This document shows, one piece after another, positions 36,202-51,368 of a stretch of 64,000 nt of DNA. A program made the translations under genes and the position numbers. Origin of the DNA: a virus (Duplodnaviria > Caudoviricetes); the IMG/VR virus record IMGVR_UViG_2974732567_000001, positions 36,199-100,198 of that record. One strand, given 5' to 3'. Numbering within the stretch: position 1 is the first letter of the stretch; every line of letters begins with the position of its first letter. The notes under the pieces were generated by a model, which saw nothing but the letters and a program-made list of their open reading frames with translations, did no database searches and was not told where the DNA came from.

Positions 36202-37872
36202 ATGGCAGCAAATATGTATGATCAAGCCGCGTAGGCTCAATTTATAAATACTTATGTACCTATTAATTTTGGAGAGTTATATAGAATAGGTGCAGCACAG
36301 AAAGCTGCTATAGATGAAGCAGCGCAACGGTTTGGAGCTCAATTATAGAAATTTGGTGAGTTCCAATCGCCTTCTTAGATAGATACATAGAGATATTATG
36401 ATCTTACTATAGGTAGAGAAGATTTCCAAAATGCTATTAATCAAATGGTGGCTAATCCAGATTACTTAAAAGATGCAGCTAATAGATCTTAGCTATAGTC
36501 TATGATAAATAGTGTAGATTATTCCACATTAAGTAATCTAAAGTCTAGTAGAGACGCTATGTTAAAGCGCTAGGAAATAAATCAAAGATTAATGCTAGAA
36601 AATAGATTTAATCCGTTGTGGCATGATGTAGATTTTGCGAATTATGATACAGTAAATAGCAAGATATTTGATGATATTACTCCATTACCATATATGTCTA
36701 TAAGAGAATTAGTAGAACCTTATGTAAACAACCTTAAAGGAGAATTTTTAGGAGCTAAAAACGGCTTTTTGTGGAATGGAGTTACTGACGAAATGACAGA
36801 TGCACAATTACAAAACAATCTCTCAAGTATACAGAATACTCCTCAATATCAAAAATATTTAGAGACTTATCAGAAGATGGGTCTTAGTCCTGAGCAAGCA
36901 CAACAACAATTGCTTAATGAAATATATACAGCCGGTCGTGAATATACTTGGAATAAAGCTGATAGAGATCCTATGGCTATAGAAAATATGAGATTGCAAC
37001 GTAAATATGCATCTGCTGCAAATACAGCAAGTAATCTACTTAATCTTACCAGAGTATTGGAATCGGATGCAACTCGTAATCATTTGCTTAAATTTACAAA
37101 TCTTACCCCTTAGGAAGTGGATGCTTTTGCAGAACAGGGATTCAAAGCGCTTACTCCTGAAAAACAGCAAGAAGTACTTAGACTTAAAGATCCAGGTTAT
37201 GTAGAAAATCAAATGAAGAATTATTATGATTCAGTTCTAAAGGATACAAGAAGAAGAAGTACTGCTGAAGATGCTGTAATTGATCTTATGTCTACTCCTA
37301 TAAGCTATGAAGCTTCAGACAAATATGCAGCATACGGAACTACTGGAAAACAAGATAGAAACGGCTTCTATACAGTGAACAATAGTTCAAACTTTAAATT
37401 AGCGAAAGAATTGGTATACAAGACTATTGGAGAAGAAGCAAATAAAGGATTGCAGAAATTTATTAGTCTTTGGAATGATGGTAATAATTTCTCTAATTTC
37501 AAAATATCTTCAGACTAGAGAATGATATCTGATGGAAAAGATATTTATGTAGTGAAATATGCATATATACCAGAAGATCAATTGCTAAAAGCCAGAATAG
37601 ACAGAAAATCATTGTCTGCATTGGGTACTCCTGTGACTGTAGATGCTGGTCTTAAAACCACCGAGAGATATGATAATAGAGGAAATTTAGAAAGTACTAC
37701 TACATCTTCAAGTACCCCAGTTAAGAGTATACGAATTACAGTATTACAACAATTACCTAGAAGCGGAGAAGCTGCTATAACATCTGATGCAGCATGGATG
37801 GATAAAAACCTAGGAATACAAACAAAAACACAGGATATACAGGATATGTTATCTTAGGAAGAAAACCTTTAA
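36202..37872 (+). CDS. Virion cargo protein, 556 aa (code 15)
   Basis: MAANMYDQAA(Q)AQFINTYVPINF start; same-frame fragments joined at TAGs. Confidence 0.75.
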
Positions 37873-37883
37873 TATAATAATTT

Positions 37884-40800
37884 ATGAAATTTTCTGACGA
37901 TTTTTTATCAATAATAAATAGAACTAGTGATAGTCAATTTGGTACTGGAGATTATGGACATATTGACGATGAATATGTTCCTACCAGTTAGGAAGAATAG
38001 ATAGAGGCTCCAGAGCAAAGTGATGAATCAGAACTTAGTTCTCTTAAAAAAAAATTAGATGATATATATATGCCAGTAGCTTTTATGACTAACCCACTTA
38101 CTGCTATGGTATATGGTGCAAAGACTGGTTATGAACTACTTAAACCATAGAAGGATTCATTAGGAAGAACTACTACATTAGCAGAACAAGCTCTTAATAT
38201 AAACACTAGAGACGCTTTGTCTTTAAATGTTACTTCTAGGTAGAAAGAGTTGATGAATACAGAGGGTAAATGGTTACCTGAAATTGAAGAAGCACAAAAT
38301 TATATATAGAGTCAGAAAGAATACATACAACTTCAAAATCAATTAAGAGCCAATCCTAATGATACAGAACTCATTCAAGTTTCTCAATAGAAACTGGATG
38401 AGTTATTGAAGTTATAGGAAGACATAAAAGAGAAAGCTGAAACTAATCCCTATCTTAGTAATGTATTCTATGGGGCTGTAACAGAAACTGTTAATCCTTT
38501 ATTACCTAGTAGAAAAATAGAAGCTTCTACAGTAAGAAATCAACTAGCAGAAGGTAGATTATATCCGTATTATGCGGAAATGTCATGGAAACAGAATAAC
38601 ATTGACTTTACTTAGAATAATCCTGCAGCTTTGAGTCAGTTAGATATAAAAGCTGCCAATCTACAGAAATAGTTAGATGATGCTAAATTGGAATATGACC
38701 GTAAGTCCAATGAGTTGAAAGATAAACAACAAAGCTTAAAGACAGCCCATTGGTTGCACGATCCTTTATTTGGAGTAGTTCCCATGCCTTTTTTTTATAA
38801 TCCAGAAGCTATAGATCCAGTACTTGATAAAAAACGTAGTGAAGTTCAAATATCAGCATTAGATCCTTCTACATGGAAATATGGTATAATGAACATTGGT
38901 AGTAGCGCCTCTGAGCTGCAAGGAATGAGTTGGCAAATGTTAACTGCTCTTGGTATAAAATGCGGTACAAAATTAGGTGGTAGTCCATTAGCTTGGGCTG
39001 CTGGAGAAGTTGTTGTTAACTCACTCTTCACATAGTATTTTAGACATAAAGAAACTGCGGGAGAAGTTATGTCTAACTATGTAGAAAAATTAGCTAATGC
39101 TGCTGCAGACAATAAATTCAATCTGCAAACGGTACTAGATGACTATACTAAGGAATTGCAGGCTATGGGATATGATACAAGTAGTATGAACGAAATGGAG
39201 AAACTTCAATTTGGTCTTGCTTATAACATTCCTACTAAAGATAGCAATTATAATTCTTTTGCTAAAGAAGCTCGAAAAGGTTTAACTCAGATAGAAGAAA
39301 CAAATAATGCGTTAGCTCTGGGGGATTACGCTGAAAATTTAGGTTTAAGCTATGGTGGTAAATTATTGAATAAATCTATTGGATTTAAAGCAATAATGAA
39401 TAAAGCTGTAGATCTGGCTACTAAAAATAGAACAACAGCTGCTCTTCTTGCAAAACTTAATTCTAAAATAGATAGAGCTGCTGTTAAACTTATGAAAAAC
39501 CCAGTGACTAGAATGAAAGTAAAGCACGTTCGAGACGCTGGAACAGATATGGCTTTGGCTTTAGGTAAGAGATGGTTGTTTGAAAGTACATAGGAAGGTC
39601 AACAAGGAATGATAGGTAGATGGTACCAAGATCTTCCTGATAATGCTCAAGTACCAGACACTTACAATATATTTAGAGGAGCCGCTACTGCAGGTAAACT
39701 AGCATTAGAAGCTAATCTAGCTTATAGAGGTATGCACTGGGATGATAAGTACAATACAGACGAGTAGTTGAAAATAGAAATGGGTATTGGTGGTTTTATT
39801 GGAGCTCTTATGGGTAGTGGAGCAAATATATCTAACATCAATGACATCAGACATCAACTACAAGCAGACAATGTAGTAAAAGCGTTAGCTGCGAAAGGAT
39901 TTGAGAATGCTGAAAATAACTTTAAAATAGCTCAATTCTTAGATTATGCTAGAAAAGGTAGAAATGTTGATGATCTAACTTCTAGTTTGTAGGACTTCAA
40001 AGAGTACAAGACTGAAGGAGTAACAGACGAGATGATCGACGAAGATATACGTTTAGCAAAAGATGTGTCTGCTATTTATAGAAATAAACTTATAGACTCT
40101 AATCTGAAAGAAATGGGTATAAATCGTAAGAAAGATAAGTTCTTTGAAAGATTTGTACAGTCTACTGTAAGTTTATACGATAAGTAGAAAGACGCTGAAA
40201 AAGCTAAAAGAGAAGGAGATGTTAACATAAATAACATTACTACTGCTATAATAAATAGTACTGATACTAATGATTTTAATTCTTTTATAGATGGAGAATA
40301 TGAAAGTTATTCTAAAAACTTAGAGAAAGAGAATGGAGAAGCGATATCTAAATAGGAATTTAAATCTAGTATTGTAAATGCGGTAGCTTCTAGAACTCTT
40401 GCCAAGACTCTTAATAATCTGCGAAAAGATTTAACTTCGCGAAAAAAGACTTTAGAACAATTAAAAGATGAATATGACTTACAAGTATCTACTACTGGAA
40501 TAGAAGGTATGTTGAAGTACATAAACGATCAATTAAAGAACATTCAAGAAGAACAAAATAGAGTAACTGGCGAAAACAAATGGATAAAGTATGTAATGCA
40601 AAAATCTCCAGAGTTCGTTAACCAACAGGAATTGGAAAAAGAAATGGCAATCAGTGCATTAAATACTGGTATCCTTAGTAGCTTAAATGCCCAGCTTAAC
40701 GCATATACTACCGGTAGATTATCTGTTAAAGATAGATATTTAGTAGAAAGAAAACCAATATACTCTAACTTATCGGATGAAGATAAACAAAGTATACTGT

Positions 40801-43800
40801 AGAAATATGCTGAAAAGTATAAACAACAGCACGAAACCGACGAAGAACCTACAAAGAAACAAGTAATTGCTTTCTACAATAAGGCAATTCAAGATCAATG
40901 GTCACAATTAGAAAATGACGCTAACGTAGAGCAAGTAGAAAGATTTTTAGCCAATTCTTTATTTTTAAGTAATAATAGAAGAGATATACAAGAAGAAACG
41001 CAGGCTAGAAAAGAAATTGAAGAAGAGACAGGAAATATAGCTGCTAAAAATGATAGTGAACAAACATCTGAACAACAGGCTAATGACAGAGAACAAACAG
41101 ATGCAGAAGAAAAGTTAGCAGAGCAACCTGAAGTAAAACTTCAAGTAGAAAAAGAAAAAACCGATACCCCGGATGAAGTAAACGTAACTACTTAGCCTAC
41201 ACAGCAAGATAGAACTACAGTTCAAGCTCCTATAGATTCTGTAGATGTTACTGCAGTTGCTCAAGCTCCTGCAGATGAGATCTCTTTGTCTACTTCAGAA
41301 GATATAGATAGAATCTTAGAAGATACTCTAGAATAGAATCCTGATGAAGTGTTATTAGAAAGTAATACTGGAATACTTCCTGAAGATAAAGTAGATATAG
41401 ATACTCCGGTAGAGTCGTCAGAATTAGACAGAGTATCGGATGATACTTTACAGGAGGATGCTATAAGAGCTAAACTAGAGCAAGTAGAAGATGGTCAACC
41501 TATTGTAGTAGAAGAAGGTGTAGAACTCGTTAACCAAGAGCAAGGACCATAGGAGGTAATAGAGTCTACCTCTTCTAATGAATCTCCGCAGCCTACTATT
41601 GAAGAACAGGATAAAGAAGATAAGAGCGAGCAGCCTGTTGTAGTTACTACTGCTAAAGAACCTAATAAACCTACAGAAGTAATAGTTACTGCTGAATCAT
41701 TTGATGGATCTGATACCAAAGATATATCTATTACTATAGAAGAACCTTCTAACATGATATATTCTGATGGAACAGATGTATGGGTTGGAGATGAAGACCC
41801 ATCTTTAGGTACGCATATAGAAGATAATCAATTGGCACTGTAGAATGCTATGGAAGAATTAGATGCTGTAGATCTAGCAGCTACTACACGTGCAGCAGAA
41901 TTATTAGGACAAAGTGATAAAAGTCCGGGTCTAGATACTAAGAAAAAAGTAGAAACTAATAGAATACATTCTACATTCTTCTTCGCTTATGAAAGTTCAG
42001 AAGTAATGCCTATACAGACTTAGGTGAACGGGAAGTAGGTTGCTGTCAAATTCGATGGAACTAGAATGCCTGGTTCTGAATTGTCTAAGAAGTTATCTAT
42101 ACCCGGTTGGTTATCCAAGTAGAAAGTATATTATGTGGTTACAGATTCTAAAGAAACTAGAAAATTAGAAAAAGATGCTGCAGATAGACTGGCTGTACAC
42201 ATGATAATTGAAGAAGTAGTAGATGGTAAGAAACGCATATATAATGCAGCCTTATATACTCCTGATAAAGCTAGAACTAAAGTAAGAAAATGGAATGTTT
42301 CTGTTGATAAATAGAATGAAGAAATACGTAAACTACGAGAACTTAGAAGAGAGATAATAGGTAAATATGTTAAAAAATATGCTCCTAATTATTTCAATGA
42401 TACTAAAGTAGATCTTCCAAGTACACCGCAAGACGGAATCGTACCAGTAAATTTACGCTAGAGTAATGGTTCTATAAATAGTCAGTAGGACGAAAATGCT
42501 CCTATATATAGATCACTAACTTCTGTATAGGAATTCGGTATTAGTTCCGAACCTTATGAGATGAGTGAACAAATATTATCTGGAGAAGTAGAATTTGGTT
42601 ACGGAAAAGGTCCATTTCCATTAGATCCGAATGACGCTTTTAGTATAGTACAATTTGACGGATCTACGAAAACTAGTGCACAAGGAATAGGTTACGCTGG
42701 TAAATTATATATAATACCTAAAATTGCCAACACTCCTTCACAAAGTGTAAGCGCTCCTATAATGTTATCAGAGAAGAGACATTTTATACCGGGAGGATCT
42801 AGAACTCTTGTTACCTCATACACTCCAAATGGTAAAGCTAAATATGATGACAATGGTAAGCGTATACCTTTGACTAGCGCTGAATTGGTGTTTAGATTAA
42901 TAACTGGAACATTATCTATTAGTAATCAGCCTGTATATCAAGATATATTAAACATATTATGTAATCACGGTCCATCTACTATTGCCTTAGGAGATTCTCG
43001 TGTAGATAAATTATCATTTTATGTTAGAAAAACTTTACATACATTTTAGAATGAAAAAGATGAGACTTTTTTAATGTATGGAAGTAGAACTTCCGAAGGT
43101 TCTTATGTTACCAAATATCTTAAAGTAAAAGACGCAAAAGGGCAATCTGTATTTTCGGAAGCAGAGGCATGGCAAACTATTAGAGATATCTCTAATAATA
43201 TACACTGGAATACTGATAAAAATATGATGCAAGAACCTATACCAAATAGTATAGTACAGGAAGCCATCAATTATATGAATACATATAAAACAGATTATTA
43301 CAAAGTGTTAAATTGCGATGATCTGGTATTCACTATGAATGATTTAGGACTTACCAAAAATGAAAATGGAGAGGTAGTAAAATCTCATAATGAAGCTCCT
43401 ATTTTAATGTCTTGGATGATTAATCATCAGATATTAAAAACCAGTGTAGGAGAAAGAGCTTTCAGAGATCCATTTATCTATGCGGATGGAGCACAAGAGG
43501 TAGGAGACCCTACTCCAGTTACTCCTACTATAACTGGGCCTACTACTACAGAAACTCCTAGAAAGGACAACATATCTACTGAAAGTACACAAGATACTGA
43601 AGTAAAACAAGAAGCAGCGGCTCCGGCTAGTAAGCCATCTTTTAAAGACAGACTTTTATCTAAAGATGAAGTATTGTCTATGGGTCTTACACCTAAACCA
43701 AGATGGGAGTATATACTTAAAGAAGACGGTACCACTGTGATGTTACCAAGTCATAATCCAATTGTAGCTAAACTGAAAAAGAGTTCAGGTCTTTATTCTA

Positions 43801-46800
43801 CTACAAAAGGTAGAGGTAAATTTGACGAACAAAAGGCTAGAAAATGGTTAAAAGATAAACTGGGTTTAGATATTGATAATGTACTAGTTACTGGAGCTGT
43901 AATGAAAATGGCAGATGCTCCAGAAGTATATGGTTTAATGAAAGTATCTTTTAACAGGATATTTAAGGAATTTAATCCTCAAATAGTGTTGTCTGAACAA
44001 GCTGGACAAGGTATAGAATATCATGAGGCATTTCACTATGTTAGTCAGCTGATTCTTGATGAAGAACAAAGAAATCAAGTATATTCCGATTATATAAAAT
44101 CTCATCCTGAGTATAAGGGATATACTAAAGATTAGATGGAAGAAGTATTAGCAGAGGAATTTAGAACTTATATGATAAATGAATCTAACACTTCTCCTAT
44201 ATATAGAATGAAAAAATTCTTTAAAGCTTTGTGGAATCTTGTCACATCTTTCCGTAACAGACCGCTCAATGCACAATAGACATTATTCCAAGCTATAAGA
44301 TCTGGTAGATTTAAAAATAGCAAATCGTTTGTTGGATAGGAAATACTATAGGAATTCGCTGAAAGACATTCAGAAGGTATGTATTATTATGCTCCTGGTA
44401 TATCAGATGTTCAACAAAAATCTACTCCACACATAACTAATGCATCTACTATGTACAATATCATAGAATCATTGAGTAGTACAGCTCTTGCTACTCTGAA
44501 TATTCGTACTATGGATGATATACGTAATTTGAGGTTAGACGATGTATTTAATATAATATAGTATAACTATGATTACGGAGTATATGATGAAAATCCTACT
44601 AACAAACAGATAGTAGAGGACGTATTAAAGAACAAAGAAATATTTGCTAAACAGATTAGAGCTTTTTTACAAGAAGTGGGTATTAAAAGTATTGAGAAAG
44701 AAGAGACAGAAGTAGCTGAATAGATGTCTAAAGATACTGGAGATACTTACGATAACATATGGGATAGAAATTCATACGAAATAAGTAAAAAAGCTAATGT
44801 TGCCTTTAATGCAAAATTGTTTTTCTATTCTATACCGAAGAGTAAATTTATACTCACTGAAGATGGGATTAAAGTAACAGATACTATAAAAGACCCTATT
44901 TTTGATATGGATGTAGTTCAGCCTTTTGATATTACTTGGAATAAAATATTAGAAAATCTATGGGCTTCTAATGATTGGAATGATCTATTGTCTAAAGTAA
45001 GAAGATTGGCTAAATCTGATCCTTTTTTTGCTACTCTTAGAGATTATATAGATAATCCCGAATATCCTTTACCTGAAAATACTGTGACTCAATTATTAAC
45101 TACTATACAAAGTGCTAAGAATAGTATGGATACCATTAGCATTAAACCTACTGAAAATGCTGCATTAGGTAAAAGGACTTGGGAAGTATGGGATAGTGAT
45201 AGTTTAAGAAAGATAGCATTGTTACCATCGCAGTGGTCATAGAACTTTATGCTCTCTACGATGATTACTACCGATAGTAAAAATAGATCTATTATAAATC
45301 CGAAAGCTCTTGCAAAGATAACAAAGACAGTTAATAAAATAGATTCTAATCTTGATATAATATTAAAAAAGAGACATAAATCAGAAAATATAAAACTGTT
45401 TGAAGAAGTAAAGAGCGATTTTCTAGATTTAGTAAATGATTTAGGAATTGATTTTGATAACGATGCTCTTACTTATTTACTTGGAAGTATAAGTACTAAA
45501 GAATCTACTGGAATAGATGGAGTAGATGCATTCAATATAATATTTAGGACTAAAAATACTAATTCTAATAATGGAGCTGCTATTAATTCTATTTTACACT
45601 CTGTATATGCTAATATTAGAGTAATGGCATCTAATAAGTCTTTGGTTGCTAAATTCAAAGGAGCTACAGTTAGCGCTGATAGAATATTCAATTACTTTGA
45701 TTCAAACAGTGTTATAAATCTTATGGCTGTTGCTTATGGACAAACTCATCCCACTCCAGAGGAATTTAGTGTAACTGGAGCAGATGGCAGTTTAGTTTAT
45801 CCTATTACTCAAAACAACTATATGTCGGACTAGATTAGATGGCTAAATACCAATAAATATGGTAAATTGTAGAATTTGAGCGCAACTCCTTATTGTAAAA
45901 ATAGCCTTATTGTAAAAGCATTATTGGGAAAAAATAAACCCAAATTAAAGCTTCATACTCTATTGGCAATAGAAGACGAGCTCACCGATACTAGCAGAGA
46001 TTACTTTGGTATAACTCCTTTAGAAGATTATATTACCAAATTAACACTCTCTGAATAGAGTAGATTAGTACTTCCTACCATGTCAGATAAAAAAACATGG
46101 TATAGTATTGAAGGTATAGAACTCCCCAAAAGTTATTTATACTCCATTTACTCTAATCCTAGTAGAGAAGGAGAAATAATAGAAACTCCGATAGCTAGAA
46201 GATTCGATGAAAACGTATTAAAGATATTTTACAATTATTTTGTCGATGAATTTAACGCTATCACAGAATATTATAATACTAAATCTGATGTAGAGCAGGG
46301 AAAATCTAGATATTATTCTAATTACCATGGAAAGATAGGTAAAGATGGTAAAATGAAACCAGGGGGTAACGGAGGTAAATTTAGATATTTCAATCAAGTT
46401 ATTATGCCTAACGGTGAAATACGTTCATTGAATGCTTTGTTACAAGCCGCAGAAGAAAGTAATAATCCTTCGCTAATTAAAGAGACTCTAGATAATATAA
46501 GAAAATTATTTATTGATGATCCTCTTACAATGCATAATATTCTTAATACTATGTTATTAAAGAGAGTAGATTAGGAAATAGAAGAAGCCATTAAATTGGG
46601 TGTAATATCTAGAAATGAACAAGGTTATCTGACATCTGGAAATTTACCTACAAACATCTATAAAGAATATAAAAGTCATTTTAATTCGTCATCCGATGAA
46701 TAGAATTCAGATGATGCTATATATAGTATTATCGCTAACTTTACTGTTAATTATGCGATATCTATCGAAGAAGTAGAAAAATGTTTCGTAGGAGATCCTG

Positions 46801-49800
46801 CTTTCTATAAATGGAAATCTAGTAAAGAGGTAGGTATATTTCAGAGAGATGTAGATAAAATTAAACGTCTTTCATCTGTATTATCTACAGGAACAAATCT
46901 TAGAACTTATTGGGGAGAAGGAGATCCGAGAAATGATACTAAATTCGTAAGTGCGGTAATGCAAGATAATCAAATAGGTTCTGATTATTATGATTCTTTA
47001 AAACAAATATTCAAGGCTTCTTTCATAAGAACTATGTTATAGAAGGAACATCCGGAAATGACGGATAAACAATTATTTGATGCAACCAAGAATGAAAACA
47101 AAATACAAGAGTCTTATAATAGTTTATCTGAAGATTCTAGAAAATTCGTAGATAAGCAATCTGAAAAAGCCGCAAATCCTTACGCTTATGATGATGAAAA
47201 TAATAGTGGTAACATAAATCAAGCAGATGCCGCTGTCTATATCAGACCTGCTATGTATAAGCGTGTAATGTAGTCTTTAGGAGAATGGTCTCCAGAAATA
47301 GAAGAAGCATATAACATATTAGAATCTTCTGACGATGTTCTTAGTAATCCAGAATTATACGCTAAAGCCTTAAGAGCTTCCATAAAACCTCTTAAAATGA
47401 TGTATTTTGGAGATAATTATGATTCTGTATCTAAATTAAATGTTCCGACATTTGATAAAATGGCTTTATTCCCTATGTTCAAGATATTATCTAAAGCAGA
47501 TAATAAGTACATATACGATAGAATGAACAATACAGAATTAGGCGTAATTGATATGTTATTGTTTGAATCAGCTGTAAAAGTTGGAGCTCCTCAAGATAAG
47601 TTCAAAGCGTACAATGACAATAGAAACAATAGTTTTAATAAAGAAGGACTAAACAAACCTTCTACTATGATAGTTTCAAACGGAAACGTTGTAGAAAGAC
47701 TTAATGATGGTTTAACTACACGAATCCAAGATATAAAACAATTGAGATTACAGCTTAATACGGATCCACACGAACACACGGATAGATCTTTTGGTACACA
47801 AGCTATAAAGATAGGTATGGGTAATGTAGTGGATGATAGATACTACGGTCATAATAAAGGAAAGCATATATCTGGAGCTCAAATAAAGAAAGATATATTC
47901 GGTTCTATTAAAGCTTTATCTACTCTAGGTTATATTTCTTTAAAAGGTGGTACCATTAATGGCAAAAAGAAAAAAGGTAGATTCTTTAAATTAGACGGTA
48001 CTATTGATAAAGTAGCTTTATCTAGATATTTAGTAGGAGAAGCTACTGGTAATGCAATGTCACAAGAGATAATAGAAGCATTAAAACTTGATAGCAAAGG
48101 TAATTTTAAAGCTCCTATATCCTCTCTTAGTGTTCGTAATTGGATTGAAAGTAAAATAATTTCTCTGATAAATAAAGAAGTAATAGATGTAAATACTCCT
48201 GGTGGATCTGCTATCCAAATGGCTTCATTTGGTTTTAAAGCCAATGATGTTATAACAGATGCAAACGAAGATACTAGACCGTTTAATGACGGAAAGAAAC
48301 TTAGTTTCGACCCTAAAAAGGGTAGTATGGAAGTTATGTTAAGTACAAATTTCTTTAGAGATGTAGTACCTATAGATGTACAATCACAAGGTTATGTTGC
48401 TATAAGAAAATGGTTAATAGACAACAATATCATAGGAAGTCAAAGTGAACCGTATGGAATTGGTTATCGTATTCCTACGCAGGGTCTATCATCTACTTTT
48501 TCATTTATAGTAGCAGATGTTTTACCAGCTCAGACTGGAGATACTATTGTAGTTCCAGATGAATTTACTGCTATGACTGGTTCCGACTTTGATATTGACA
48601 AGTTATATATATCTACCTATTCGTATGACCCAAATACTCATTAGAGATATGCTTGGAAAGAAGATGCTAAGAATTATACAGATCAGTCTAAAGGAGCTCT
48701 TATAAACAAGCTACTCGATAGTTATATTCTTGTAATATCTGATGAAAAAACCCTGTCGGAAACAAGAGCTTCCATTGATACTCTTACTGGTATTCTTACT
48801 AAAGAAATACTTCCTAAAGTAAGCGTAGACGAATTGAAAGAGGCTGATTATATGTACGAACTTATGCCATCGTTCCAAGAATATAGAAAAATGGAATACA
48901 CATGGGGTAAAGCTGGTATAGCTCCTTTTGCTCTTAATTCTACTAATCATTGTTTAACCCAAGCTACTCATTTACGTATGAAATTTTCTCATAACAATAT
49001 ATACGGCTTGGGGCAATTTGATGAAATTAATGGTTAGGATGGATTTAAGATACTAGACTGGTTGTCTGCTATGATCAATGCGCATGTTGACGTAGCTAAA
49101 GATCCTTACATTATTAAACTTAATGTAAATTAGGTTACTTATAACATGACTAGTTTATTGTTACGTGGAGGAAAAGGAGAAAATACATTCTTCTTCTTAG
49201 CTCAACCAATATTGAAAGAATTTGCTAATATTAAAATAGCTAACAACGGCGCTATTGGTTCTAAACAATAGTATGACAATGCTATAATAAGCGAATTAAT
49301 CAAAAAATATAAAGATATGTTAAAACGTTATCCTATATCTCAATCCTATAAAGAATCAATATTAGAGATTACGGATGAAGATAGAAAATTAGCGTTTGAC
49401 AAAGATAAGTTGTCTCGTACATTAGATGCTTTTAGAAAAAATCAAGTCACTCCAGAAGACATAAAAATGTAGTTAATAGTACTTACCGCATATAATGAAT
49501 TAAGTGGGGACGCACAGACTATGGCAGACTTAGTTCAACGTTCTTAGATAGATACAAAGAAATACGGTAATAATATTACTCAATTATAGAACTTTTATAA
49601 TTCTTATCAAACATTTATTAAAGATCATCAATAGGATTTTTATACTCCTGATACAGAAGGAAAAGAAGATCTTAACGGATTAGAAGATTACTTTAATAAA
49701 ACCTTCTTGAATAAGAAGTTGGTATATGCTATGGATTTAGCTAATAATATACTGAAAACGCAAGTGTTTGGTGCTACTAATGGCTATAAAACTATCTTCA

Positions 49801-51368
49801 CAGAAGTGATGCATAATTTAAGGGGTGGGGATTATACGCAATATGTAAATAATTCTCTTACACTGTAGTTATACAAACCTACTAGTAATAAATAGTTAGT
49901 AAAGAAAGTAAACGATAAAGTAGAAAGTATAATACGTGCAAAGGTAGTTATGTCTGGAACTAATCTTAGACTAGATGATGATCAAATAAATGATATGATG
50001 TTTGGTAAGAATAATATAGCAGGTAGACTGAATGCTGTTAAAAATTATATTAGACAGAATAAACAAGATCCTAATCTAGTTACATTAACAGATGAGTAGG
50101 GTAATATCACAAATGATTTACTGAATTATCTACAAGGTGTTACGATATCTGCTAAAAATAAAGCTAACAAGATAGTAACTGCCACTTCTTCTTTGAATAA
50201 TTCGAGATATTATGAAGATCGTTTGAGATCTGCATTCTATGATTTACTTACTAATGATGATCCGATAGTAAGACAGTTAGCAGAAGATTTGGTTAAGTAT
50301 TCATTTATAACTAGTTATGATAATAGAACTCCTAACTCATTCTTTAACATAGTTCCTATGGAATATAAACAACAAATTGGTTATTTAGATTCTATAAAAG
50401 AAGCTATGAACAAACTGATAAGGAATGATATAGATTTAATTAGTGATGCATCTACTATGGAAGAACTTACAGATTCTATCTACCTCAACATGGTTAGAAA
50501 TTATTGGATAGATAACGATATAGTTCCTTTATATATACCTGAGGTAGAAGTAAGATATGGAGAAGAATCTAAATCAAATACAGTGTATTTAGCTAATTCT
50601 AAAGATGTCAATTACAATTCTATAAATACCGTATTCGTAGCTGTTGGAAGTTCAGAAATTAATAAAAATAACAAGTTTGTCAAAATCGGTGGTTCTAAAT
50701 CAACTAACAGCGTTTTATATTAGAGATCTGGAGTAATCGTAAATGAGGATGGTAAAACTATTGGAATTGTTTATGTTGCTATACCAAAGTTAGGTTTTAA
50801 CAATGGCGCAAGTTCTATATATGAGTTGTATAAGAATGGTGCTGAACAATCAGCTTTTTCTAGCAACAAGTTTACAGACAATATGATCAAACAAACCGTT
50901 GAAGAATTGGATAATATTGTTAAGAAATACACCAAAACTATTAACAATTCTCAATTCATTAAAGATGAAACATACTCTAACATAAACCAAGTTAAAGAAT
51001 ATCATAATTTGGAACAAGAGTTACAAAATGAATTAATAGAATCTTTTGGTGATAGTGGTATACAATCTGATCCTGAAAGCATAGATAGTGATCCTTCTTT
51101 AAATTTCGTAGATACTACTGATAATTCTATTACGATAGAAGATTTTAATGAAATAGATCAGATGCTAGGAGGAATAGAAGAGGCTAATGACTCTTTTGGA
51201 GAAGATTATGCTATGCCTGATGAATCGTATTTTGATTCTACGGAATTAGTAGACGATATTGTTGGTTCACTCTAGGATTCAGAACTTGGAATTACAGAGG
51301 TTAATGAATATCTGAATAATCTGAAAGAAGAAGGTAAAAAACGTAAAAAACATTGTAAGAAATCATGA
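37884..51368 (+). CDS. Giant virion RNA polymerase polyprotein with zincin domain, 4494 aa (code 15)
   Basis: Seventeen track fragments in one frame; HEAFH (44022-44036)..EEVLAEEFR; YRIPTQG and TGSDFDIDK (DFDID 48585-48599). Not every gap was read codon by codon. Confidence 0.88.
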
